A stretch of 64,000 nucleotides of DNA, from contig JBOEGD010000005.1 of the NCBI GenBank assembly GCA_050633245.1, positions 60,076 to 124,075 of the forward strand, written 5' to 3'. How positions within the stretch are numbered: the stretch's first letter is position 1; each line of letters opens with the position of its first letter. Shown piece after piece: positions 19,908 to 30,900 of this stretch. This stretch comes from Calditrichia bacterium. Its GTDB lineage: Bacteria; Calditrichota; Calditrichia; RBG-13-44-9; J075. A program made the position numbers and the translations under genes. The notes below the pieces were generated by a model, which worked only from the letters and a program-made list of their open reading frames with translations, was not told the DNA's origin and made no database searches.

Positions 19908-19926
19908 TTGACTTTTGGGAGAAAGC

Positions 19927-20070
19927 ATGCTTACGTTACTTTGGCTCGTGGCAGCGTTAGGTCTTTTTGCTCTCGCAGTTCGGGCGAGAGATGATCGTTC
20001 TTTTCTACTATCTTGTGGCTTTGGAGTCCTTGGCGCAATTTTTTACACTAATTACCACTCCCAGGTTTAG
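19927..20070 (+). CDS. Small 47-aa two-helix membrane protein
   Basis: GGAG RBS; MLTLLWLVAALGLFALAVRARDDRSFLLSCGFGVLGAIFYTNYHSQV*; below the ORF-track cutoff. Confidence 0.5.
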   Translation: MLTLLWLVAALGLFALAVRARDDRSFLLSCGFGVLGAIFYTNYHSQV

Positions 20071-20150
20071 GAGGCTAAAGTTGATTCCTGCTTAGCATCT
20101 ATTTAGGGCAAAAGTTCAGAACTTTATTCTAAAACGTAAATTCTGAATAA

Positions 20151-20714
20151 ATGATAGATATAGCCATAGCTAAAAGGAAATTTCAGATGTCGTTTTTGGG
20201 ACTATTAACCATGGTTGCACTAATCGGTTGTGCGCTATTCTTGCTACTGACATCAAATAATAGTGTCTTTGATGGCGCTGCCGGAGGGCCTGAAAGGACT
20301 TCGGGAAATCTAACAAATTTAGAAGAATATATTGCCAGATTGATTGCAGCGTCTTCGAATGCGGAAGAGATCTCGGATGATACTTTCTTGATAGGAATTG
20401 TAAAAGAAACAGATGATTTCTTGCAGTTTACATCCGATAAGGGTTCCGTGATGATGGATTTCCCGCTTCTTACTGATCGCCAAAAAAGCTACGAGGATAA
20501 ATTGAAAAGCATCTGCGCAAAGTTGGGTGTTTTACCTGCTCAGTATATTCACGAGAGCACCACCGAGTTTGGAACAGCTGCTGATGAAGATCGATTGGCA
20601 TACCACCTTACTGGCGCACCGGAAAAAATATCTGCCATGATTGCTGTAATTTATACTAACTTGTTCGAAATCGAGCCGGATACCGAAATGCATTTTGTTG
20701 CGAATGGCTTTTAG
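20151..20714 (+). CDS. Hypothetical protein with N-terminal membrane anchor
   Basis: 187-aa ORF, hydrophobic N-terminus. Confidence 0.7.
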   Translation: MIDIAIAKRKFQMSFLGLLTMVALIGCALFLLLTSNNSVFDGAAGGPERTSGNLTNLEEYIARLIAASSNAEEISDDTFLIGIVKETDDFLQFTSDKGSVMMDFPLLTDRQKSYEDKLKSICAKLGVLPAQYIHESTTEFGTAADEDRLAYHLTGAPEKISAMIAVIYTNLFEIEPDTEMHFVANGF

Positions 20715-20734
20715 AAGCTTTTTGACTATATAGG

Positions 20735-21574
20735 ATGTTTACAATGAGCTATAAAATAAAATTCATAATCTACCTCATGTCTACTTGCTTCATTTCAACT
20801 GTTACTTTTGCCCAAACTCCTATTGCAATTGATCGTTTTGTAGAGTCATATAACGTACAGCAATTTGCTGCTGCGGTCTCAAATTTTCATATCGCAGATG
20901 GGTTTTCTAAATCTGAGCGCGACGAGGAGATTGAAGGACTTGTTGCTTCATTTAAGATCCTTTTTAGTGAGTTTGGACAAATTAGAAATCTTAAGAAGTC
21001 GTCACAGCAAGCTGAGAGTGCAGATAACCTTACGGATATAAACATCTTTAGCATGTCTGAAGCATATTGGGCTGAGCGACAAGGTTTTCAAATAGAGCAA
21101 TTTGTCTGTAAGTTTCAGAACGCCGGCGTCGGTCAACTTGATTTTATGTTGTACGATGAAGCGGGGAAAACATTGCTGCGCTCTGTTAACTTTGCACTCC
21201 CCAAATCAGCCACTGCCTCTCAAGCTGTTATTAGCCAGGTTGGTAAGAAATTACATACGTTCTACGAGGACAGATCACTTCGTAGGGATGCGCTTTCCGG
21301 ACAAGTGCGCTTATCAATTTTAATCACTTCGACCAAGAAGGCAGCTGAAGCAGCCAAGGAAATGCTACAAAGCGGTATGACCTTCGCCGATGCCGTAAAG
21401 AAGTACTCTATTGAGCAATCGTCTAACCAGGCTGGTGATACGGGATATGTGTTCCCTGACGATATTTTGCCTACCCTCCAGCCAGCGGCGATAAACCTTG
21501 TTGTTGGTGAAATCAGTGATGTTTTACAGCTGAATGAGAGATTTGTGCTTGTTCAAAAAACGGATCAAAAATAA
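20735..21574 (+). CDS. Secreted protein with C-terminal parvulin/rotamase (PpiC-like) domain
   Basis: Signal peptide; FADAVKKYS, GDTGY, VGEISDVL. Confidence 0.75.
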   Translation: MFTMSYKIKFIIYLMSTCFISTVTFAQTPIAIDRFVESYNVQQFAAAVSNFHIADGFSKSERDEEIEGLVASFKILFSEFGQIRNLKKSSQQAESADNLTDINIFSMSEAYWAERQGFQIEQFVCKFQNAGVGQLDFMLYDEAGKTLLRSVNFALPKSATASQAVISQVGKKLHTFYEDRSLRRDALSGQVRLSILITSTKKAAEAAKEMLQSGMTFADAVKKYSIEQSSNQAGDTGYVFPDDILPTLQPAAINLVVGEISDVLQLNERFVLVQKTDQK

Positions 21575-21579
21575 TCTCT

Positions 21580-22206
21580 ATGGAAAACTATCTGTTTTTT
21601 ATCGGGGCCAGCATTTTGCTATGCATTGCGCCCGGTCCTGATATGGTGTATCTACTGGGACGGAGTATAGCCCAAGGGAGGCTCGCAGGTATTGTAGCTG
21701 CTATTGGTATTAACGTTGGAGCTTACGTTCACCTCGTGGCAGCAATCCTGGGGCTTTCTGCTATTCTGATGACATCTGCGATTGCGTTTGCTATTGTCAA
21801 GTGGATCGGAGCAGCCTACCTGATCTATATCGGTCTACAAGTTCTTCTGTCTTCCACCAGCGTAATTGATGCGAATTCGACCAGCAAGTCTCAACTGTCT
21901 CTTAAGGCGGTCTTCTGGCAGGGTTTCTTAAGTGACGTCCTGAATCCGAAGGTTGCAGTCTTTTATCTTGCCTTTCTTCCGCAATTTGTTGATACGAATG
22001 TAGGCAGTGAAATCTCCCAGCTGATTTTCCTTGGTGTGACGGTAAATATGGTCGCGATCTTTATCAATATTCCTCTCGTGCTATGTGCCAGTTATCTGAC
22101 AGCTAAACTTCGTAAGAATGAAGTGATATCTAAGTGGCTTTCCAAAGCAATGGGAATTGTTTTTGTTTATTTAGGGATTCGGTTATCACGGGAATCGTTC
22201 TCGTAA
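21580..22206 (+). CDS. LysE/RhtB family translocator
   Basis: APGPD, GAAYLIYIG, LNPK. Confidence 0.92.
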   Translation: MENYLFFIGASILLCIAPGPDMVYLLGRSIAQGRLAGIVAAIGINVGAYVHLVAAILGLSAILMTSAIAFAIVKWIGAAYLIYIGLQVLLSSTSVIDANSTSKSQLSLKAVFWQGFLSDVLNPKVAVFYLAFLPQFVDTNVGSEISQLIFLGVTVNMVAIFINIPLVLCASYLTAKLRKNEVISKWLSKAMGIVFVYLGIRLSRESFS

Positions 22207-22260
22207 ACTAATCGTTAATTAGTGGCAAAAATCGATTTAACAGTTGGTTATAATTGCCCA

Positions 22261-22457
22261 ATTAAAAAGAAATCAAAATTATTCATATTTTTTATAATAA
22301 AGACTGCTCCATTCTAACAATGCTCCAGTCTGATTAAAAAAAATAGTAATATTCAAAATCTCTGTCTTTTTTTCTAATTAAGTACGTGGGTTCGTTCGAG
22401 CTCACCAGACTGCTCCATTCTGACAATGCTCCAGTCTGGCCGTAAAAATCGGAAAAA
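22261..22457 (+). repeat. Composite intergenic repeat, cluster 4
   Basis: Hairpins at 22301-22331 and 22407-22437, each preceded by (A/T)TCAAA-N15-T(A/C)TAAT. Confidence 0.92.
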
Positions 22458-22459
22458 TT

Positions 22460-23535
22460 ATGCCTCAACTGAAAATCCCTTGTATGCTTATGCGTGGCGG
22501 CACATCAAAAGGCCCCTTCTTTGATCTTCGGGATTTACCGTCCTATGAAGAGCAGCGCAGTAAACTTCTCTTGCGCCTGATGGGATCACCGGATGTGAGT
22601 CAAATCGATGGGCTGGGTGGGGCAAAGACGGTGACAAGCAAAGTGGTAATGGTGCGACCGTCTTCGCGGACAGGAATAGATGTAGATTTTCTCTTTGCTC
22701 AGGTTGAAATCGAAAACTCGATTGTTGATACCGGGCCAACCTGTGGAAATATGATGACGGGAGTTGCTCCGTTTGCAATTGAGCGCAGAATGGTAATTTC
22801 TGAACACCCGGAGACGAAAGTCCGAATCTACAATATCAATACCGATTCTACGAGTGAAGCAATTGTTCAAACGCCAAAAGGCATCGTTCAATATGATGGT
22901 GAAACAACTATTGATGGAGTACCCGGAACAGCAGCTCCGATTCAAATGAATCTCTTTGATCAGCATGGTGTTAAAACGGGAAAACTCTTCCCATCGGGAA
23001 AAACTCGCGAGCAGATAGGTGGAGTTGAAGTAAGTCTGGTAGACTCGTGTACGGCATTGATGCTTCTAAAGGCAGAAGATATTGGGCTTTCAGGTGAAGA
23101 AGGGAAAGAATTCTTTTTACAGAATCCGGATGTAATGAAAAGCTATCCGATATGCGATTGGAAGCAGGCAAGCGAATGGGGTTGGGAAATGTTGAAGATC
23201 GTGTGTTACCGAGAATTGGTGTCCTATCTCCGTCACAGCGCGGCGGCGCGCTAAAATCTCAATACTTTACGCCACACACCTTTCATCATACGCATGCAGT
23301 CTCAGGGGCTATTTGTATTGGTACCGCAGCAAAAATTAAAGGCACTGTTGCGAATGATGTTGCGAAAGTAAAGGATCGTTTGGCTGAAAAACTGGTTATA
23401 GAACATATTGCAGGTAAAATTTCTGTTTATCTCGAATTGGTGAAAAATGCCTCTGAGTGGGAAGTTAAGAAGGTGTCGACGATTCGAACGGCGCGCAAAA
23501 TAATGGATGGTTTTGTTTTCATCCCGACAAAATGA
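22460..23535 (+). pseudogene. prpF: PrpF/4-oxalomesaconate tautomerase family gene split by a -1 frameshift
   Basis: MRGGTSKG, QIDGLGG, TSKV, CGNM in ORF 22460; RTARKIMDG in ORF 23152; one extra A at 23138-23141 joins them. Confidence 0.8.
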
Positions 23536-23548
23536 GGTAAAGTTTGAT

Positions 23549-24055
23549 ATGACAAGACGGGCCTTCATTCGAGAACAATTCGATTGGGTTGACAACTGGA
23601 CTATTGGATTGCTTGAAAAACATAATGAAAAGCATTGGGAAATGATACCGGCACTTAGTACTAGTATGAATTGGCAGGTTGGGCATATCATTATCTCTAA
23701 ATATTTTCACGCTGTTCAATCTATTGTGGAAGATTCTAATAACCTTATGCAAGAACTTTGTGGCGAGTTTTCTGCTGAAGATTTTTTTAGTCATTATTTT
23801 GCCGGAAGCGACCCGACGGCAGAATGGGAGAATAGACCGAAAAAAGATAGGTTGCTTCGATTGTTTGTTCTCCTAAATGCAAAAACGAATAACCTCCTCG
23901 ACAGCCTTACTGACGCTGATTTGGACGATGCCACTTGTATTGCCAACCCCATTGCGAAAACTAAATATGATGCGCTTACCTTTTGCTTCAAACATCAAAT
24001 GTGGCATAATGGGCAAATTGCTATGATTAGCCGAATACAGCAATCTGAAAAGTAG
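23549..24055 (+). CDS. DinB family protein
   Basis: WQVGH ... HQMWHNGQI. Confidence 0.88.
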   Translation: MTRRAFIREQFDWVDNWTIGLLEKHNEKHWEMIPALSTSMNWQVGHIIISKYFHAVQSIVEDSNNLMQELCGEFSAEDFFSHYFAGSDPTAEWENRPKKDRLLRLFVLLNAKTNNLLDSLTDADLDDATCIANPIAKTKYDALTFCFKHQMWHNGQIAMISRIQQSEK

Positions 24056-24074
24056 TATACTTTGAAAATGTGAT

Positions 24075-24551
24075 ATGCCCTTAATTTATCTTAAATACGA
24101 AATAAAAGCTCCAATCACGCGCGTCTTCGACCTTTCTCGCAGCATCGACCTGCATATAGCAAGCGCCGGGTTTACCGGCGAAAAAGCTGTTGCCGGGCGA
24201 ACATCCGGCCTAATTGAACCAGGCGAAGAAGTAACTTGGCGCGCGAAACATTTTGGTGTATGGCAGCATCTAACCAGTAAAATTGATGTCTTTGACTATC
24301 CGAATCGCTTCCGCGATAACATGGTTACGGGAGCCTTCAAGTCGTTTCAGCACGATCATCTCTTTCAAGAAAAAAACGGCATAACCGTAGTGGAAGACCA
24401 TTTTGCTTTTGAAGCACCTCTGGGTGTTTTGGGAAAAATGGCGAACCATCTGTTTTTAACTGCGTATATGAAGAAATTTCTGCTCGAACGCAATCAGGTG
24501 ATTAAACGCGTTGCCGAAAGTGATGAGTGGAAAAGATATTTAAACAAGTAA
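24075..24551 (+). CDS. SRPBCC family protein
   Basis: VFDLSRSIDLH, VTWRAKHFG, GAFKSFQHDH. Confidence 0.88.
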   Translation: MPLIYLKYEIKAPITRVFDLSRSIDLHIASAGFTGEKAVAGRTSGLIEPGEEVTWRAKHFGVWQHLTSKIDVFDYPNRFRDNMVTGAFKSFQHDHLFQEKNGITVVEDHFAFEAPLGVLGKMANHLFLTAYMKKFLLERNQVIKRVAESDEWKRYLNK

Positions 24552-24571
24552 ACAGGAAAGTGAAATTTTCG

Positions 24572-25090
24572 ATGTCTTTAAACTCCAGACTACAGTCGAA
24601 TGAGAAATCGTTGCTTCAGCGCGCGCTCGCAAGTGACCCGTTTGTGAACTACTACAAATGGGGAGCGCTGATGTACCTGCTATTTTCTCTCTTCCTGCTA
24701 ATGTGGCCATTCGGTTTCTTTCTTGGCGGTACGCTTTCGCATAAACCCTTTTTAATGAACCTGCCGTATGGACTCGTATCGCTGGAACCAATATTTCTGT
24801 TCGATATTATCGGCAACGTTATTTTCTTTGTGCCTTTGGGATTTCTCCTCAGCGGAATGTTGAGTAAATCCAGCAGATTACCTTTTTTACGCCGGCTTCT
24901 TTACTGCACAGCATTTGGGTTTGGTTTATCGTTTACGGTCGAATTTGTACAGATGTGGTCTCCGGTTCGCTATTCTTCCATCCTGGATCTAATGACCAAT
25001 ACAGCCGGTACGGCTATCGGAGTATTTGCATATTGGCTCTATAGCCAGGTATTAAAGCAGCATGCGAAGCGAATTATTTCAAGTTTATAG
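24572..25090 (+). CDS. VanZ family membrane protein
   Basis: GNVIFFVPLG, EFVQ, R.SSILDLMTNTAG. Confidence 0.88.
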   Translation: MSLNSRLQSNEKSLLQRALASDPFVNYYKWGALMYLLFSLFLLMWPFGFFLGGTLSHKPFLMNLPYGLVSLEPIFLFDIIGNVIFFVPLGFLLSGMLSKSSRLPFLRRLLYCTAFGFGLSFTVEFVQMWSPVRYSSILDLMTNTAGTAIGVFAYWLYSQVLKQHAKRIISSL

Positions 25091-25117
25091 AGTCGCATAA
25101 TGGTGCGACTCTATAAA
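25084..25117. repeat. REP-like hairpin / terminator
   Basis: TTTATAGAGTCGCA-N6-TGCGACTCTATAAA, 14-bp stem overlapping the vanZ stop. Confidence 0.65.
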
Positions 25118-25144
25118 TTGAAATAATACAACACTATACTTATT

Positions 25145-25417
25145 ATGAAAAAAAACCATTCTAAAAGACAGCGAAAAAGGCGCGAAAAAGAGGCGAAGCG
25201 CAAAAGCGAAAAACAATTTCATAAGAAAAAGCGCATAACTGGTATACAGCGTTCTGGTAGTTCGAAGACGTGGGATTATAAATCTCTATTGTTAGCTTTA
25301 GGAGTTGTTGCCTTTGTTTGTCTCTTCATTTATCTTGAGCTCTTTGATGGAACCTCTAATACATCTTCTAGAGGATATGGAAGACTTTTTGAGGGAATCC
25401 TTCGCAGACTATTTTGA
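25145..25417 (+). CDS. Small basic protein with one TM helix
   Basis: Lys/Arg-rich N-terminus followed by a hydrophobic segment. Confidence 0.65.
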   Translation: MKKNHSKRQRKRREKEAKRKSEKQFHKKKRITGIQRSGSSKTWDYKSLLLALGVVAFVCLFIYLELFDGTSNTSSRGYGRLFEGILRRLF

Positions 25418-25582
25418 TTGTTGAGGCGCTGGTTAATTGTGCAACTCTACAAGTTATGTCTTTCTCTCCCTCCTTATATCTTGCAAGAAATCCCCAGCAA
25501 CATTGTCCAATAATAAAACCGCCTTCTGATAACGTTAATGTCAGATATGTAAACCTTTAATGCTTCAAAGCCGGAAAGTATT

Positions 25583-27883
25583 ATGAAAAAACAACTATTT
25601 ACAGCAATCGCTCTTATCCTGTCACTCACAACGATTCACTCACAGGATTTTTATGATGTCAGCAACGTAAACTCAATTGAGATAACATTTTCAGAGTCGA
25701 ATTGGGATCAAATTTTAGATTCCTACTATGCGGCGGGAAATGAACAAAGACTTGTTGGCAGTGTCGTTCTCAATGGGGTACAATACGACAGTGTCGGCGT
25801 TCGCTATAAAGGCAACAGCACCTATAGCGCAAACAGGGTAAAAAACCCGCTGAATATTAAGCTCGACCATATCATTGATTATCAAACCATTGATGGATAC
25901 GGCACATTAAAGCTCGCCAATGTTTTCAAGGATCCCAGTTTTGTTCGAGAGGTTCTCAGTTATGAGATTGCCCGAAAGTATATGCCAGCCAGTCAGGCAA
26001 ACTTTATAAATGTTACCATAAACGGAACGCTAATCGGACTCTATTCCAGTGTTCAGGATGTTGATAAGTTGTTTATGGGAACAAACTTTTTTAGCAATGA
26101 CAATCCTACATTTAAGGGAGAAGTCGCTCAGAGTGGACCGCCAACATTTCTGCCAATCTGGACATATCTCGGTACCGATTCTTCACAGTATGCCAGCTTT
26201 TTCGAAATAGATTCAGACTATGGGTGGGCAGAACTAATCAACTTTTTGGATGTGCTGAACAACTCGCCGGCCTCGGTTGAGGATGTTCTCAATGTAGACC
26301 GGCATCTTTGGATGTTAGCTTATGATATTCTGATGGTGAACCTCGATGCACCAATAAATTTTGCGCACAACTATTATCTCTACCAGGATGACGCGGGCCG
26401 GTTTAATCCGATAATCTGGGACCTGAATGAAAATTTCGGCGGGTTTACCAGACTTCTTGCCGGAGGTAATCTTGGCACAACACAGATGCAACAGCTGGAT
26501 CCGTTTCTTTATGCTACGAACTCCAGCCTTCCGATCATTAGCAAATTTCTTTCCGATCCAACGTATCGGAAAATTTATGTTGCGCATATGAAAACGATTA
26601 TTGAAGAGAACTTTTCCAACGATTGGTATCAAACCAGAGCGCTCGATATTCAAAGTGTTATTGATGCTGATGTTCAAGCAGACCAGAACAAGTTTTTTAC
26701 CTACAGTGATTTCCTTGCAAATATTAATAACACCGTTGGGACTGGCGGTCCGGGAAGTCAACCGTCCGTTGGATTAACTCAGCTTATGGATGCGCGGGTA
26801 AACTATATAATTTCTCAGAGCGAGTTTCAGGCTACTGCACCAGTGATAAGTAATGTCGGTACTTCTTCACTTGCCGTGCAGCCATTCACCAGTGCCGTGT
26901 TTAACGCTGAGGTTGCTTCAGCGAATCAGGTGATGCTTGCCTATCGGGATAATGAAGTTAACCGTTTCGAAAAGGTTGAGATGTTCGACGATGGAAATAA
27001 TGGCGATGGTGCTGCAGGCGACGGTGTCTATGGCGTTTCCATCACTGCCGGTGCTTCTCCCGTTCAATATTATATTTACGCAGAAAATAATGATGCGGCG
27101 GCTCTCTCCCCAGCGCGTGCAGAATATGAATTTTATCTGCTTCCGGTTGCTACAGGAGATTTGGTCATCAATGAGTTTATGGCAGATAACGATAGTACTG
27201 CGATGGATCAGGATGGAGAGTTCGACGACTGGGTAGAGTTATATAATAATAGCGGGTCCGAAATTTCACTTGCCGGTCTTTATCTTTCGGATGATGAGAC
27301 TGAATTGACAAAGTGGGCATTTCCTGATACCTCGATTGCCGCGAATGGCTATCTGATAGTTTGGACCGATAACGATAGTGGTCAGGTTGGACTGCATGCA
27401 AATTTTGCCCTTTCACGCAGCGGCGAAGCGGTCTGTCTCACGGATTCGGATGGTATCACAAGTTTGGATCAGGTCGTGTTTGGTACTCAGACAACCGATG
27501 TTAGTACCGGACGTTTTCCAAATGGCACGGGAGACTTTGCTGAAATGCCGCCATCTTTTGCCGCAGAAAACACCAATGGCATTACCGGTATTGAAGACGT
27601 TGTGAATAATACCATTCCTCAACAGTATGGACTGGAGCAGAATTATCCGAATCCATTTAACCCGTCGACAACCTTCAGGTTTACTTTGGCTCAGGCGAGT
27701 CGCGTGTCTTTAACCGTTTACAACCTCGTTGGTCAAAAAATTCAGACTGTTTTTGCAGATAACCTTGCAGCAGGTGAGCATCAGTATGTTTGGCGGGGTG
27801 AAGGTCAGGCGTCGGGTGTGTATTTATACACCTTACAGACAGAATTTGGTTCGGAAAGTAAGAAGATGGTATTGATGAAATAA
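25583..27883 (+). CDS. Secreted CotH-kinase family protein with lamin-tail domain and C-terminal sorting (T9SS-A-like) domain
   Basis: GVRYKGNST, HNYYLY, WDLNE; MFDDGNNGDGAAGDGVYG; VINEFMADN..DWVELYN; EQNYPNPFNPSTT...KKMVLMK. Confidence 0.9.
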   Translation: MKKQLFTAIALILSLTTIHSQDFYDVSNVNSIEITFSESNWDQILDSYYAAGNEQRLVGSVVLNGVQYDSVGVRYKGNSTYSANRVKNPLNIKLDHIIDYQTIDGYGTLKLANVFKDPSFVREVLSYEIARKYMPASQANFINVTINGTLIGLYSSVQDVDKLFMGTNFFSNDNPTFKGEVAQSGPPTFLPIWTYLGTDSSQYASFFEIDSDYGWAELINFLDVLNNSPASVEDVLNVDRHLWMLAYDILMVNLDAPINFAHNYYLYQDDAGRFNPIIWDLNENFGGFTRLLAGGNLGTTQMQQLDPFLYATNSSLPIISKFLSDPTYRKIYVAHMKTIIEENFSNDWYQTRALDIQSVIDADVQADQNKFFTYSDFLANINNTVGTGGPGSQPSVGLTQLMDARVNYIISQSEFQATAPVISNVGTSSLAVQPFTSAVFNAEVASANQVMLAYRDNEVNRFEKVEMFDDGNNGDGAAGDGVYGVSITAGASPVQYYIYAENNDAAALSPARAEYEFYLLPVATGDLVINEFMADNDSTAMDQDGEFDDWVELYNNSGSEISLAGLYLSDDETELTKWAFPDTSIAANGYLIVWTDNDSGQVGLHANFALSRSGEAVCLTDSDGITSLDQVVFGTQTTDVSTGRFPNGTGDFAEMPPSFAAENTNGITGIEDVVNNTIPQQYGLEQNYPNPFNPSTTFRFTLAQASRVSLTVYNLVGQKIQTVFADNLAAGEHQYVWRGEGQASGVYLYTLQTEFGSESKKMVLMK

Positions 27884-27891
27884 GCTATATT

Positions 27892-27930
27892 AGACTGGAG
27901 CAGTTTTCAAAACTGCTCCAGTCTTTTTTT
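27892..27930 (+). terminator. Palindromic repeat copy probably acting as terminator between convergent genes
   Basis: AGACTGGAGCAGTTTT-C-AAAACTGCTCCAGTCT followed by a T-run. Confidence 0.8.
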
Positions 27931-27939
27931 CAAAACAAT

Positions 27940-30900
27940 TTATTTTCTAACCGGAATGGCTACCCGGAACATCATCTTATAAACTGCCGGAACAAATAGC
28001 AGCGTGATAACCGTTGCGAAGAACAGTCCGAAGATAATGCCTATCGCCATCGGTGTCCACATAACGCCTCCACCCAACCAAAGAGGAATTAATCCAAAAG
28101 ATGTTGTAAAAGTGGTCAACAAAATCGGGCGAAACCGTTCGAAGCCAGCGGCGACAATCGCATCATACGGCTCTTTATTGTTCTCGTCACGTTCGATGTT
28201 AATACGGTCAATCAACACAATTGCATTGTTTATCACAATTCCTGCCAGAGAAATCAATCCCAGAAATCCGGTAAAACTGAAGTTCGTACCGGTAAGTAGC
28301 AAGCCTGCGACAATTCCGATAAATCCTAATGGAATGGTAATGAGTACCAGTGCGGTTTTGCGAATCGAGTTAAACTGAATGACCAAGAGCAATAAAATGA
28401 TGAAGAAGGACAGCGGCAACTTTTCGATGACTGCCTGCATGGCCTTTCCACTGGATTCTGACTCACCACCATATTCATAAAGGTAGTTGTCTTTCCAACT
28501 CGCAGATTGCTCTTCCAGCCATGGTGTGAGTATTCCGGTAATATCTCCAGCGGTGTACCCTTCGCGCAGATCGCTCTCTACAGTTACGGTTCTGGTTAGA
28601 TCGCGACGTAGCACCTTCGCAAATTGCCATTCGGGAATAACCGTTGCTACCTGAGCCAGCGGCACGTTTTGACCGCTGCTTTGCGAGAAAATGCTCAGCG
28701 TTTCCATGTCATCATAGGTGATGGTTTTACTGCCTTCTTCTCGCATGACAATCGGAATAGTGTTAACATCTTCGCGAAACTCGCCAACTTCCTTTCCGGA
28801 AAGCACCGTATTTAGTGAAATAGCGACGTCTTGATTGCTTACACCAGCACTGCTTAGGCGAGAAGGATCGATATCGACATAGAACTTCTTTATCTTTTGT
28901 CCCCAATTGTCATCGATTCCCTTAGTTCCGGGGATGGTGAGAAGCTTTTTCTTTATATTGTCTACTATTTTGAAAAGCTCTATCGGGTCATCTCCGGAAA
29001 TACGTACTTGTATTGGAACTGCTGCCCCACCACCTGAAGTTAGTCGCCCAATTGTAAACTCGGCATCCGGGACTTCCGAGAAAGCAAATGCTTCAAGTTT
29101 ATTGATAATCATCTGATTGTCATTGCCCGAACTGGTATTCAAAAGCATGTGAGCATAGCCGGAATTTTGTTCGCCGGCAGAATATCCAAGGTCGTAGGCA
29201 TTTGGTCCTTTGCCAATAAAGGCAGACCAGTCTGAGATGCCTTTTGTACGCTGCTCCCCAACCATTAGTGAATCGGCGATATAGCGTTCGATACGCTTCA
29301 CCGATGCTTCGGTTTTCTCAATATTCGTACCCAGCGGATAGTTCATATCCAATGTCACCAGATTTCGCTCACTGTCCGGCATAAAGACGAAAGGTAGAAA
29401 AGTGAAACCGTAGAGTGAGACAAAAAACAGGGTTATGATCAGCCCAATAAGCATGATTGGGCGTCGGAGGCAAATCTCCAGAAGTCGACTGTAGTACACG
29501 GCCATTTTGTCGAAGATGGAAGCTTTATTTTCTTTCGCTTTTTTCGAGACCTTAAAAAATGCTACAGCAAACATTGGAACGACCGTGAGTGCCATCAGCC
29601 AGGAAGACAGCAGCGCCATTGTAATTACCGAAAACAACGGCCCCATAATCTCACCCATGCTGGATTCCGCCAGATAAAATGCCAGGAAGGCCGCCGAGGT
29701 TGTAAGTGAGGAAATAAGCAGCGGAACGATAAGTTCTTTGCTCGAGGCGATAGCTGAATCTAATGCTTTTTCACCACGCTCCATTTTTACCATAATCGAT
29801 TCTGCAACAACAATCGCATTATCTACCAGCATACCGAGAGCCATAATCAACCCGGCCAAAGAAACCTGATTAAGACCTACGCCGAACCAGTTCATCAATA
29901 GCAGCGTCATAATGGTTGCGGAGGGAATCAGACTTGCAACAACTAATCCCGTGCGCAGGCCAAGGAATACCAGCATTACAAGTAGTACGATAATGACTGA
30001 CTGTACAACATTGGATACAAAGTCGCTGATGTTATTGTCAACGTCAAAATCTTGTGAGGCGATGCGCATAGCGTTCATGCCAACTGGCAGACCCGGGTTG
30101 TATTTTGCCAGTAGGATGTCTACATCTTCCCCCAGGGAAATGATATTTGCGCCGTCTTTCAGAGAGATATAGAGTGCAAGGCCTTCATTTCCGTTGACAC
30201 TGACAATCGACTCACGGGGTGAAATGTAATCGCGGTACACGTTGGTAATGTCACCTAAATAGACGGTCTCACCATTGCCTACATTAATTAGCAAGCGCCG
30301 CAAAGATTCCAGCTCTTCCAAATTACCGGACGGTTCCAGAATGATGCGCTCATCACCATAGTTCACTTCTCCAGCTGGAATAATGATGTTTGTTGCGCTG
30401 ATAATGCCTTGAAGCTGACTACTGGATATTCCCAGATTTGCCAGTTTGGAATTATCGAACTCTACAAAAATGCGCTCTTCAATGATGCCGCCGATCTCGA
30501 CTTTTGCAGCATCAGGCAGTTTTATAAGCTGATCTCGTAAATCTTCGGCATACACTTTCTGCTCGGCGTAGCTGAACCCGTCAGATTCCAGCCCGATCAT
30601 TATTCCGTAGACCACACCAATGTCGTCATCCTTCACTTCCGGGCCTTTGATGCCATCGGGCAGTTCACCTTTGATTGTGTCGATTTTGCGTCGTAAGAGA
30701 TCCCAGATCGGCTGCAGCTTGGCTGGCGGAACATCTTCCTTGAGGCTCACCGAAACCACTGAAAGACCGGTGCGAGACGTACTCGAGATATAATCTACCT
30801 CGGCAATCTCCTGAGCAACTTCCTCAATTTTGTCTGTGATCAGTGATTCAACGCGGTCTGGACTGGCACCGGGAAAGTTTGTTACCACAGTTGCAACGCG

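Noticed and set aside
14510-22437. CRISPR mini-arrays (31-bp repeats with regular spacing)
   Set aside because: Only two repeats per locus; the 69-75 bp intervening sequences resemble each other rather than being unique spacers; no cas genes in the window
23098-23151. Programmed -1 frameshift in prpF
   Set aside because: No canonical X_XXY_YYZ slippery site (C_TTT_TTA and G_AAA_AGC are imperfect) and no obvious stimulatory structure
12667-25417. Classical integron cassette array
   Set aside because: Gene content is cassette-like, but I found no RYYYAAC...GTTRRRY attC sites between genes and no intI; many genes abut with no room for attC
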